64,000 nt of DNA, taken from the NCBI GenBank assembly GCA_032718475.1, contig JAUCBJ010009057.1, forward strand, positions 86,436 to 150,435. Direction: 5' to 3'. Position 1 is the stretch's first letter; every line of letters begins with the position of its first letter. The notes under the pieces were generated by a model. The model did not search any database and had not been told where the DNA came from. It saw only the letters and a program-made list of their open reading frames with translations. Made by a program: the position numbers and the translations under genes. The stretch comes from Nemertoderma westbladi (Eukaryota; Animalia; Xenacoelomorpha). This document shows, one piece after another, positions 39,101-48,481 of this stretch.

Positions 39101-41219
39101 AGAGGGCGCAGACACCCATACGAAGAGGGGTTATGTATCGTATATAGCAAGGATATACGATCCCCTAGGCCTAGCATCCCCATTACTAGTCACGGGGAAA
39201 CAGATACTCAAGAGAGTATATAAATTGAAGGATGAGTGGGACATAGAGGTACCAGAGGACATCAAGAAACAGTGGAGAAAATGGACAGGAGACTTGGAAA
39301 GAATGGGAACATACAACATGCCGCGAGTGTATTTTCCGGACGGGGACATGACGAGTCTGGACCTACATATGTTCTCCGACGCGTCGTTAGAGGCATACGG
39401 AGCGGCACTCTATTTAGTACAACGAGAGGGGGCTCACAAGCCCAGACTAGCCTTTAGCAAAGCTAAGTCAACGCCGCCAGATTCAGCATCTGTTCCCAAG
39501 TTAGAATTGACAGCTGCGAGACTAGGAGTTAGAGCCACAGCCTACCTAGTGGATACTATTCCCAACATAGTGGAGACACACTACTGGACGGACTCCATGG
39601 TAGTGCTTGGTTGGCTACACAACGAAAAGACGAGATACCCGATATTCGTCGCGAATAGAGTGGACGAAATAAGGGCGAGCACGGAACTGGAAAGGTGGCA
39701 CTACTGCCCAACAGACGAGAACCCAGCGGACTTGCTGTCGAGGGGCGTGGAACGCCACACTTTCCTGAAGAAGGAAGTATTGTGGCAACATGGGCCACAA
39801 TTTCTAAACGATAGGGAGGCCTGGCCGCCGATGAGGAAGGTGGACCCGGGCTCGGAAGTAGTATCAGAAGGAGAAGAGGGAGATTCAGAGGGAGAAGAGA
39901 TATACTCCCAGATGGTGAGGGAGATTAGGGACGTGCAACCAAAGCAAGAACTACGCGATAACCCGACGGACAAACTCCTCAGCTATAGTTCTAGTTGGTA
40001 CAAGACCAAGAAACTAGTGGCGTACTGGAGAGCCTTCGGGAATTTCCTCGCGGGAGTTAATAAGGAGAAGAAAACCAGGGAAACCATAGATCTGGAAGGA
40101 GCGGCCAAGGCAATAATCCGCTATGAACAACGGAAGAACTACGGCGACGAGGTGGAACGTGTCGGCAACCAACAGCACCTCCGACGGGACAGCAAGTTGA
40201 TTACGCTGTCGCCGCAACTCAACGAGGATGGGATTCTAGTAATGAATTCTAGGGTGGGATATAACAACAGTATAGTCGTGCCACCGAAACCCATCATCAT
40301 CCCCACAGGATTGCCTATAGTCCACCAGATCATATGGGACTCCCACAAATCGATACTGCATGGGGGCACCAACCGAACCCTCACAGAGATAAGGAGGACC
40401 TATTGGGTCAAACAATTAAGGAAGAAGGTTAAAGCGGTAGTGGGGCAGTGCCAGACCTGCCGACGGGCGAAGAAGGAGCGAGCCATACAGGAGATGGCGC
40501 CACTACCGGCGAGTAGGGTAAGACAGCACGACCCGCCATTTACGCATTGCGGTGTGGACATGTTCGGGCCGATAAAGATCAAGGTGATGCGACACACGGA
40601 GAAACGCTACGGTATTATCTTCGTATGCAACAACACGCGGGCGGTAGGGATAGAACTCGCCCAAGATGCAACCGCATCAGCATTCATTAACGCCTTAGAA
40701 AGGTTTAGGGACCGCAAAGGTGGGACGATCGCGGTGATATACAGCGACAACGGCACCAACTTTGTGGGCGCAGAGAGTGAGATGGCAGAAGCCTTGGACA
40801 TCTTAGAAGGAGAAGAAGTCAGGGCGGCCATGAGAAGACGACAAGTAAAGTGGGAGAGAAGGACGCCGTATGCACCACATACACTAGGATGCGTCGAGAG
40901 ACTGGTGGGCAGTTCAAAGCGTCTAATGACGAAACTAATGAACACCCACATGGTCACTGAGGACGTTTTACGGACAGTGCTTGCGAAGTGCGAGGGGATC
41001 ATTAATAGCAGACCGCTATATCCGGAGAATGATGACCCTGAGTCATTAGACGTGCTGACGCCTAGCCATTTCCTGATGGAAAGGCCAGCCACCATCGATA
41101 TGCGGGGTGTAGACCCAGATGACATACACTCCCGCCAAAGTTGGAAAGTCGCTAAAGCAATAAGCGCAGAGTATTGGAGGAGGTGGGTCGAGGAATACCT
41201 ACCCACGCTCCATAAGTGA
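36063..41219 (+). CDS. pol: B Gag-Pol polyprotein core: capsid-like Gag, zinc knuckles, aspartic protease, RT, Pao-type RNase H, integrase
   Basis: PFKFDG; CSRCVKSGHKAREC; LVDSGA; YYLPLH..KLRMVVDAS..CLNDYLLEGP..DIEGMF..FYVDD; FSDAS..PKLEL..WTDS..NPADLLSRG; HGG..CQTC, GVDMFGP, SDNGTNF, ERLV; homology continues past TGA 41217-41219 to about 41396. Confidence 0.96.
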   Translation: MHGPQHININPIPKHTGGGGGQGDIPPSQYQQYTPMVARTTRPLDENRSCDTDIWRGPLPPMTYPSQRRSRSRTDGTHQTGETIQHPSNPLEAQAIGMATLIDALKTRIELPPVEPFKFDGSRPEEYLQFRRMYSNEILTKNLTQAGLKYLQVYTGGPAYDIVRQYQGIEGGFTTAWRALDREYGHPAKIIRQTLRGITSGGLQDNPVSIKTFANKVEKALIVLKTLDAPYELNASNNITTIAQALPNWLRNKWRKIAFSTRDKKGAEPGLEEMSNFLNYEAELITDPVYSEDSLGKGPKTDHYRPKPEHNTSNALPRLRQSLPYAATQGTASPQANEDKTTSWNGQGNNNNMNKHNPSTSSRPNPVNKNSRDFGTNIAAIRNALYKEGYDPKSKCQLHANALHKTMNCRYWQALPRQDQIDYASSNKICSRCVKSGHKARECQEKPVKFGQRRGQTMATSTVGAKKRGTVLLGVVPVRVIGEGNRSVTTLMLVDSGAAFTLVEEWVAEEIGLRTRPRRMAVTTISSKDEILEMRTGRCAIAAVAPGCDYGATIDPIQVIESININARRPTNIEVEQYKFLDNIDFSIPDMDVRKVSIIVGMDCPTAHERMQTVFGKDKQSDPVAILTPFGWTLSGPIKSKIPFRMSETSGCMFAGTMQEMGDEGAEEQLKRLLRQDFEGLKETGVGTSVEDKQALQSVEESMTCDEGRYTIGMVWKLPKIPLPDNRGMVLTRLRKLKQTLQRSPEKNEYIHKTIKKYVEKGWAVELPVDEPNTDRTYYLPLHVTLDPKKGKLRMVVDASAKTDGKCLNDYLLEGPNIYNSGIEVLLRFRNGKHAFTCDIEGMFNQVRVTEEDSDSQRFLWYNGEEEPPIIPAYKMVVQKMGAKSSSFTTTMAVRDTVKGKEDRYSSRAVDMIRRGFYVDDGMESGNTVEEILETGREVRDILKGSGFNLTKFQSSSEEFIKAIEDKKPESTMDNPTTAKGQDMANKRTQSQQKALGIVWDRGTDELKYQLSQEGADTHTKRGYVSYIARIYDPLGLASPLLVTGKQILKRVYKLKDEWDIEVPEDIKKQWRKWTGDLERMGTYNMPRVYFPDGDMTSLDLHMFSDASLEAYGAALYLVQREGAHKPRLAFSKAKSTPPDSASVPKLELTAARLGVRATAYLVDTIPNIVETHYWTDSMVVLGWLHNEKTRYPIFVANRVDEIRASTELERWHYCPTDENPADLLSRGVERHTFLKKEVLWQHGPQFLNDREAWPPMRKVDPGSEVVSEGEEGDSEGEEIYSQMVREIRDVQPKQELRDNPTDKLLSYSSSWYKTKKLVAYWRAFGNFLAGVNKEKKTRETIDLEGAAKAIIRYEQRKNYGDEVERVGNQQHLRRDSKLITLSPQLNEDGILVMNSRVGYNNSIVVPPKPIIIPTGLPIVHQIIWDSHKSILHGGTNRTLTEIRRTYWVKQLRKKVKAVVGQCQTCRRAKKERAIQEMAPLPASRVRQHDPPFTHCGVDMFGPIKIKVMRHTEKRYGIIFVCNNTRAVGIELAQDATASAFINALERFRDRKGGTIAVIYSDNGTNFVGAESEMAEALDILEGEEVRAAMRRRQVKWERRTPYAPHTLGCVERLVGSSKRLMTKLMNTHMVTEDVLRTVLAKCEGIINSRPLYPENDDPESLDVLTPSHFLMERPATIDMRGVDPDDIHSRQSWKVAKAISAEYWRRWVEEYLPTLHK

Positions 41220-41870
41220 AGCAAGTGGAGGAAGCCGAACAGGGAGTTAAGAGAGGGAGATCTCGTGATCGTCACGGATGATACTATCATCAACAACCAG
41301 TGGCGGTTGGCGAGAGTCGTAGGCACCTACTCCGACGAGGACGGAAGAGTCCGATCGGTAGAAGTGCGGATAGGTGATAGAGAGAGTGAGAGGTAAAAGG
41401 GGTAAATAGGATATAGATATTAGTTAGTAGTAAGTAGAGTTAATAGCGAGAGGGGGGCATATGAGTACAGCTGGATAAATCGTGCGGCCACACGACGCAT
41501 ACTGCTGTACTGCATGGGCCCACAGAGTAGGCCAGAATATGGATCAGAGAATAGAATAAATCCATAGGCAGTAGTAGGTAGTAGGACAGTAGGATCAAAA
41601 CAAACAAATAAATAGAATAGGGCTAAAATCGAAAAATAGTGGTAACACAAGAAAAGTCGTTCTAGAACATAATAAAAGTAACGGACGGAAATTGTAAATT
41701 AGGCTGATTTACTAGCTCCGAAATTAATTAGGTTAAATTTAGGCTAAAAGGCGCAATTAAGTAGAAAGTAGGCCATTAATCGAACTGTACGAAACATCTT
41801 AATACATCACTCATCTGTACTGCGCCTTGGTAAGGCACCACCCTGCAGGTGAGCGAGTGTAGCGTTCGGA

Positions 41871-44405
41871 ATGGCAAGTAAGTTAATCAGGAAGAGAAAG
41901 GCGGAGTCAGGAGGAAAAGAAATACTGGTGGATTTCACCGAAAGACACCCGGAGGAGAAGACGAGAGGATACTACGAGAGGTTGGAAAGGGGTCACGCGG
42001 CACGAGCGCTGCAGGATCACTTCCGGGAGGCGCACGAACAGCGGTTGGTCGGGACCTACGGGACGCCGTCGCTGGACAACGCGATCTTCCAACACTTCCA
42101 CTACGTGGTGAAAGGAGACGAGGCGAAGTTCGGGATTCCGAAGTATCCGAGGGAATCGCCGAGGAAGGACTGGAAAAGATTCATAGAGTCCGTCAACAGA
42201 GGAGGATATATGATCCTAGATGACGACGGAACCGTGGAGGACGAAGCGGGTTCGAGACGAGGAACGGCAGGGTCGGCCAGGACCATACTCTTGCATTTGG
42301 CCGCGCCAAATGGGGACATCTTCTTATTCGACCTAGGGACGTATGGGAAGAGGGATGGGCCGAAACTAGACCGATTGCCGAAAGCGGTACAAGTACTAGT
42401 AAGAGAGAAGTCGACGACGAAGGTGGGATCGGCGATTCGCGAGGACGCGGAGAGGATCATCGGTCCGGACGCCACCAACCTCCTGGATATGCAGAAAGTC
42501 TTTATGGCTATGACGGCACCGGATGGATTGGGGGTGGTCGAGAACACAGGCCAATGCGGGGCGGTGGTGATGGGCCAATTATTGGGGCTCGTATGCCACA
42601 AACCGATGGACTGGGGAAAGTTTAGGGAAGAATACGGAGCAGAACTGGCGAACTCGCTGAAGTGGGGAGCGAGACCGGGAAAGCAGGAGGTATATCAGTT
42701 TCGCAGAGGAGCGATAAAGGTATATCAGAAGCGATATATCCTGCAGGAGGACTGGATGATGATAAGTTTACTTAACTTATTCATGACCGTAGTTATCGAA
42801 AGGGAACCAGGGGCATTTCTGTTATCGGGATCACCCCTAAGCTACAGGAGAGCCTTTAAGACGGCCTTTGACGGTCTGGTAGACCACCCGGGGCTGAAGG
42901 GCGAGTCGGTGTACTACAACAGCCGACATCTGGTAGACGGGGAGACGGATACACCGTATCAGAGATGGGAGCAGCTAGAGGCGGACAGACGAGAAGCAAA
43001 GCGACTGGAAGAAGTCGCTAGACGGGAGAGGATAGAAGCAGAGGAGAGGGAAGAGGAGGCCAGGGCACAGAGTTACGGCTTCGAGGAACAGGCGGGCCTA
43101 GACGAACTTCATTGGACTTCGTCAGGGAGTTCGGGGGAGTCTCTAGGGCGAGAATTGGGATGGACGGTGGGATCGCCGAAACAGTCGACGTCGGGGTTGC
43201 AAACGATGCCCATGCCAGCGGGCGCCGAGGGCGACCAACCGCCAAGGAAGCTAAGGGAGCTAGAGGGATGGAGAGCTACGGGCGAGAGCCAAGGCGGGAA
43301 GGGACATAGTGGATCCATCGGGATACCGGGGTTGGAAACACTACCAGAAGAGGAAGACGGCGACGACGAGTTCGGAGAGATACCGCCCATCGAGAGGATA
43401 GGCCACTCGGACACGGACTGGGTTGGCGGAAGGGTGGTGACAGCCAGTGGGGCGAGGGCCTTCTGGAACAGATCCGGCAAGCGGACCTGGGTGCACGAGG
43501 GGCCGGCGATGGATTTCGCGGGGAGCACCATCAGGTTGGGCGAGCAACCGGGAACAGCACCACGGATAGTATTCGGGGAGACGATGCCCGAGAGGGGCGG
43601 AGAGATCGACGTAAACAGGGAGAGCAATGTAGAGAAGTTCGCCTACCAGCGACTCCATAGACCGCGGAGATCGCTTGGGACGAAAGATGAGGTGGGACGG
43701 GAGACATTGGTACTCGGCTGCGACTACTGTGGGAGACAGACCCATCAGGAAAGCAGCTGCCTATACCGGTTCCAACGGGGAACCTTTTGTCTCTACTGTA
43801 GAGAACCAAGTCACAGGATGGGGGCGTGTCCACGGTTGCATAACCGATGTCCAAAGTGCCACTTTCGGGGACACTACGGACGCGAGTGCGACTGGATGAA
43901 CGACGAGGAGAAGTTCACGAGGTTCGAGGAGTGGGCCGACGTCGGGGCCATGACGCGCCAGCGCATGAAGGCCCAGGAGTTCAAGTGGGGTTTCTTCCTC
44001 ATAAACCAGGAGACCCACATGGAAATCATAAAGCGAAGGTTACCGTTTACCTATCAAGAGGTAGCAACGGCGGCGTCGTTCGCCGGAGTTATGAACACGC
44101 AACGGTACCTGGACAGGTGGACACCAGAGAACCGGAGGGAGTTTAGGGATTTCTTGGCGGAACACGTACCAAAGGCAATGAAAATGATCCTATGGGACGC
44201 CACACGAGGGAGACAACCAGGCCATTCTGAGGGGCCACCGGCGAAGCGGTATCGGGCATTAATAACACCAGCGCCCAAGGAGCCGACGACCGGGATCAGC
44301 AAGGAAGTGGCGGCAAAGGTCCGGAAGCAGAAAGCGGATGATGCCAGAGGAGCGGTGATAACCAAGAAACGGGCCAGGGAAGAGGACGTGAGGAGGAACA
44401 GATAA
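41871..44405 (+). CDS. B ORF3 (844 aa): DEDDy-like exonuclease fold + acidic linker + three CCHC zinc knuckles + basic tail
   Basis: GYMILDDDG (ExoI-like), LLHLAAPNGDIFLFDL, LPKAVQVLV..TKVGSAIREDA (ExoII-like), NLLDMQ, RYILQED (ExoIII-like); CDYCGRQTHQESSC, CLYCREPSHRMGAC, CPKCHFRGHYGREC; intact ORF between pol and the 3' LTR. Confidence 0.8.
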   Translation: MASKLIRKRKAESGGKEILVDFTERHPEEKTRGYYERLERGHAARALQDHFREAHEQRLVGTYGTPSLDNAIFQHFHYVVKGDEAKFGIPKYPRESPRKDWKRFIESVNRGGYMILDDDGTVEDEAGSRRGTAGSARTILLHLAAPNGDIFLFDLGTYGKRDGPKLDRLPKAVQVLVREKSTTKVGSAIREDAERIIGPDATNLLDMQKVFMAMTAPDGLGVVENTGQCGAVVMGQLLGLVCHKPMDWGKFREEYGAELANSLKWGARPGKQEVYQFRRGAIKVYQKRYILQEDWMMISLLNLFMTVVIEREPGAFLLSGSPLSYRRAFKTAFDGLVDHPGLKGESVYYNSRHLVDGETDTPYQRWEQLEADRREAKRLEEVARRERIEAEEREEEARAQSYGFEEQAGLDELHWTSSGSSGESLGRELGWTVGSPKQSTSGLQTMPMPAGAEGDQPPRKLRELEGWRATGESQGGKGHSGSIGIPGLETLPEEEDGDDEFGEIPPIERIGHSDTDWVGGRVVTASGARAFWNRSGKRTWVHEGPAMDFAGSTIRLGEQPGTAPRIVFGETMPERGGEIDVNRESNVEKFAYQRLHRPRRSLGTKDEVGRETLVLGCDYCGRQTHQESSCLYRFQRGTFCLYCREPSHRMGACPRLHNRCPKCHFRGHYGRECDWMNDEEKFTRFEEWADVGAMTRQRMKAQEFKWGFFLINQETHMEIIKRRLPFTYQEVATAASFAGVMNTQRYLDRWTPENRREFRDFLAEHVPKAMKMILWDATRGRQPGHSEGPPAKRYRALITPAPKEPTTGISKEVAAKVRKQKADDARGAVITKKRAREEDVRRNR

Positions 44406-45112
44406 GTTCCCAGAGACGAGGGAACGAGGGAGTGGGACTGAGACTGGAAAGTGGTGCGCCTGGAAGGCGCCGCATGGAACGTACGAACTATTAAATACAA
44501 ACTTAATTAATGCAAATAACATATAAGTGCAATTTGTATGTACGTACGTAGTAATTAGTAATCTAAAATACATACGTTTGGAGTAAGTACTATAGTCATA
44601 CAACCTTTCTCAATTAGCTACTGGGACTGGGGGATAACTGACTATGGCACTATGGACGAGACAACTGACAATTTCACGCTTCTCGAGTGCGACGGCACGA
44701 GAGGGGGGGGGGTTCGTCAGGAGAGATAAAATAGTCAAAGTGGAGTTGAGGATCGGAGTAAGAGTGCGAAGTGCGGAGAGAGTGCGAACGCGATTCAAGT
44801 GGGGGGGGGGGAGAGTAGGAGGCTGAGTGAGGGACGAGGAGGTCCGGGGGTATGAGAGAGTTAGGGTGAGAGTAGAGGGGAGATAGGGCGAAAGTGTTGG
44901 GGAAGCAAAAGTCGCGTGAAGAGGTGAGCGCGATCGGCCCGACATGAGACGCCAGGCACACAGGGTAGCATTATCATACCCATAGGGGGCGGCCTGGAAA
45001 GCCGACCCCGAGAGAAAAGAATTCCACCCCACACCCGATACTAGATCGGGATCCAGCGGGATTGTAACGCACTTTTTTGGTTGATGCTATCTTCTTACCG
45101 GGAAGATAGCAT

Positions 45113-45121
45113 GGGGGGGAG
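45113..45121 (+). promoter_or_regulatory. Polypurine tract of B (GGGGGGGAG)
   Basis: Purine run abutting the 3' LTR start. Confidence 0.85.
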
Positions 45122-45663
45122 TGTTAGCTTATTCAATCCCGCCAACACCCCATAAAGTTATAAGCCGATAAGCAATATTGGGAGCCACGAGGTTGGGCAA
45201 TTAACCAACTCGTGCCATCCCAATAAGAGTGGGAAGGAAGCACACAATAGAGGGTCAGGGGCCAAACCCCTAACCCAGAGAGAACAGGTGGAGTGAATGG
45301 GAATACTCCACGGGGCGCCAACAAGGGTATTAACCAATCAGAGGGGGGGAATGGCATCGATTGAGTAGCAGTAAGGCCACCGTGCAATATAACCAATAAC
45401 CTATTAATCAGTGATTCAGTTATCTCAGTGCAGCAGTGCTAGCGTAGGGTACAGTCAATTAGTTTAGTTAGGGGATCACGGGACTTTAGTTACCGTATCC
45501 CGCCTTGTACACAATATACCTATATCTATATCCTATGCCCTGTTATTATTATACACCGAACTTCAGAACTCAGTTACCTTTATTTCACCCTTATACACGG
45601 CGGGGACGCGTGGACTAAATTACCACATCGGATAAATCGGGATCCCTCCTGGATCCCGTCACA
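45122..45663 (+). repeat. 3' LTR of B (542 bp)
   Basis: Direct repeat of 32218-32759, followed by TSD CTGAA. Confidence 0.97.
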
Positions 45664-45668
45664 CTGAA

Positions 45669-46842
45669 CAAACGTAGGTTTCTTTTCTGATCTTTGTAGA
45701 ATAGCGTTTAACTCGTTTCGTACAACGCTCTCCTCCACCTTGATGACGGTTGTATCGTGTTAAACGGGGACGATTACGATTATACGGTTGAATGGCAATA
45801 TCAGGTGTCCGTGCCCCAATCCGGCCAGGTAAGATGGGCGGATATTTAGGGAGCCCACAACCGGAGTGCCACCGACTAATTGCTCGGGTAACACTAGATC
45901 TTTAAACAATGAATACAGTTCAGGAGGATCCGTCATACTATTAAGATCAAGAGCTTGAGGTCTCACTAGGGAATGAGGAGGTCTGATCGAGTATTCCGGA
46001 ACTCTGATCATAGGTTTATTTAAGGATCGTTTGAGCCGAGCGACCGTAGGTGATACATCGAACAAGTTTCGCTCGAAACTCCCGTAAGTATAGCGAGTAA
46101 AACCGTGTTTAGCGCAACGTCTCCGCGGATGTTTATATCTTTCCGTTTGTTGGTTGGGTCTAGGGCATTCATCTCAATAATACCAAAGACGCACGTCTTA
46201 TATGGGAAACGCGAGTGATCTTTCTCCAGCTTACAATATTCCTCCATCCGTTCGAAGCTATCCGGTACAACAGGTAGCGGTCGATCGACGGTAAGATACA
46301 TCATAGTGGAATAGAGCTGTTTGAGTTCTACCATGCGGTCATGATGTATACCTTGAGGATATCGAGTCTCTAGGTTCTGTTGACTGGTAATATCAAGATA
46401 GGCTTCTCTCAAGAATTCCAGATATTTTGGTGAAGTCGCTGCGTTTATCCGGCTCTTCAACATCTTCACTTTCGAGTCGGTTTCGAATAGAATTTTCGTG
46501 TTCGAGTCTCATTTTATCGTTCCGCTTCCGCTGGGTATGATATTTAAATAAAACCATTTCCCTTTTGGTGTCTATATCGTTCGTATCGTGTAGGTCGATA
46601 GGATGACCAGTAGTTAAGAAGTCCATATACATACCATTACGATGCGTATAGCGAGCGGTAAATTTTCTACAGTCCAACCCACGCGCAAGTTGCTCCCGGG
46701 AGATTGGCGGTTAGATATAACGACCATCGTCCTCCGTAGTAGTTGGACCAGCGTCGCCGCGTATCAAGCTATCAACAAACGCTTGTAAAGGTAGAGTATA
46801 TCGCTCCCTGATACCAAGATCATCATCTATCAACTCAATCAT
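45669..46842 (-). pseudogene. 5' part of A2 ORF3, decayed (stops, frameshifts) and interrupted by B
   Basis: ATG at 46842 (MIELIDDDLG...RYI*PPISREQ...), then overlapping fragments 46393-46677, 46020-46469 and 45760-46065. Confidence 0.55.
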
Positions 46843-47671
46843 ATCTGCTATATAAGTTTATCCATATTATAATGAGTTTATATTTAGGCGAGCGGGCGTT
46901 GCTGCCTACCCCTCTCTGCCCCCGGACAGTGCGAGATCCTCAGCGCTGGTGTACTTTCGCCGATGTGCCTATCGCCAACGTCGTAGCTGCACAACGACTA
47001 CAACAACCAGCACGAGCCACTCCACCGTCCGTCCCAAAGGCTTAGATATACTTCAGGTTCTTACTGGAGAGTTAGGGTTACTTTCACAATTGCGACTCGC
47101 TACTGTAAACACACCTTAGTAGTAACATTCACCTACAAACGCACAAATTCCACGTAACTGTCACAAATGGTACACATTCTATCACACATTCGGGTCATTT
47201 GTCCGTTAGTCAAGTGCCTTCCAGAATGTCACGTTGTTATTATGTATCCTTGGATACTAGCGGTGTGCTATTTATTCCGTATGCTATTCAATGAGCAAGC
47301 CTTTTATTGTTCTGTTAACTCGCTTCTAATTCTAGCGTGGTTGTTGCTATGGTGACATTATGGAAAGCTAGCGGTAGAATTAGGGTAATTCTCATGCATA
47401 CAGATCTGGGATGCTATTTAATAGTAAGTCTTTAATGGTCAATATCATCTTTATACATGATTTTATGAATTTTATCGGCTATTGACTCTATATTGGAGAT
47501 TCTCGCACACTAACACACTTAATGGGTGAATCTCCGCTCCCATGATCTATTAATTAATGGAATTTTGGGAATATTATAAATTGTATAAAATAACAATTTA
47601 TCAAATTCATTAAAAGATGAATTTAAATTTATTCCCGTAAATTTTATTATTTAATATTAAATAGACACAAT

Positions 47672-47965
47672 TTTATTCCAGAACATGTCTGGGGCCTGGG
47701 ATCCTTGATTCTAGGAATTGATCTTTTTAAGAATATCGGTAAGTGCTACGATATCTTAATAGACTAGAATTTTAAAGGATCTAAAATTTGACAGATTTTA
47801 TAAATATTAATAATTAATATTTAGGATGGGCACCAGTTTATTCCAGAACAAGTCTGGGGACGTTAACCACTGATTCTAGAATTTTGTCTTTCAAGTATAT
47901 CGGTGGGTGCCGCGATATCTTAATCGACTAGAATTGCAAATGGTCAAAGGGTTTAACAGATTTAT
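47672..47965. repeat. Two diverged ~130-bp direct repeats with nested inverted repeats in the A2 inter-ORF spacer
   Basis: TTATTCCAGAACAWGTCTGGGG...GATTCTAG...ATATCG..CGATAT...CTAGAAT at about 47672 and 47837. Confidence 0.8.
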
Positions 47966-48481
47966 TTTGCGTTATACGCTACTGTTAAAGGGACATCACG
48001 CTACTATATGTATTATTTAATATACGGTATGAGAGCAATATCGCACGAAGCAATGTCAGTGTGAAGAGGCAAGTCGTTTCCAAGGTCTACCCAGAGCTTG
48101 GTTTAGCCGAGACACGAGGATCTGAACTTTGCATTCCTAATACTCTGCCTACCAATAATACTTAAATATAGTAGTGGCTTTATTGTACTTTAATAAGTAC
48201 GGAGATTTCATCTTACTGTAGTCACGTATTGATAATGTAATACGGGCAGTAAGGAAAGAGAAAAATAATTATTTCTCGCCGTCGCACTAAATATAATATA
48301 CATAATTAACTAATAAACGCGAATATATTGCACTAATCTACTAAATAATCGATAAAATAACATTCTACTAAATAAAATTAAAGAAAACGATTATAATAAA
48401 ATTACATAATAATACATACATAATATAAAATAATAAAAAACAAATATAAATAATATAGTCACACACCCGCTCCATATGTTG

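Larger units (their letters stand above)
32218..45663 (+). mobile_element. Full-length BEL/Pao LTR retrotransposon, family B (13.4 kb), nested in A2
   Basis: 542-bp LTRs TGT...ACA; TSD CTGAA at 32213-32217 and 45664-45668; gag-PR-RT-RH-INT order; extra ORF3. Confidence 0.96.

Noticed and set aside
41871-44405. ORF3 as a retroviral-type env
   Set aside because: No signal peptide or C-terminal transmembrane segment; it has nuclease-like and zinc-knuckle motifs instead
32787-45032. Many antisense and alternate-frame ORFs within element B
   Set aside because: Shadows of purine-rich, repetitive coding sequence; no recognisable motifs
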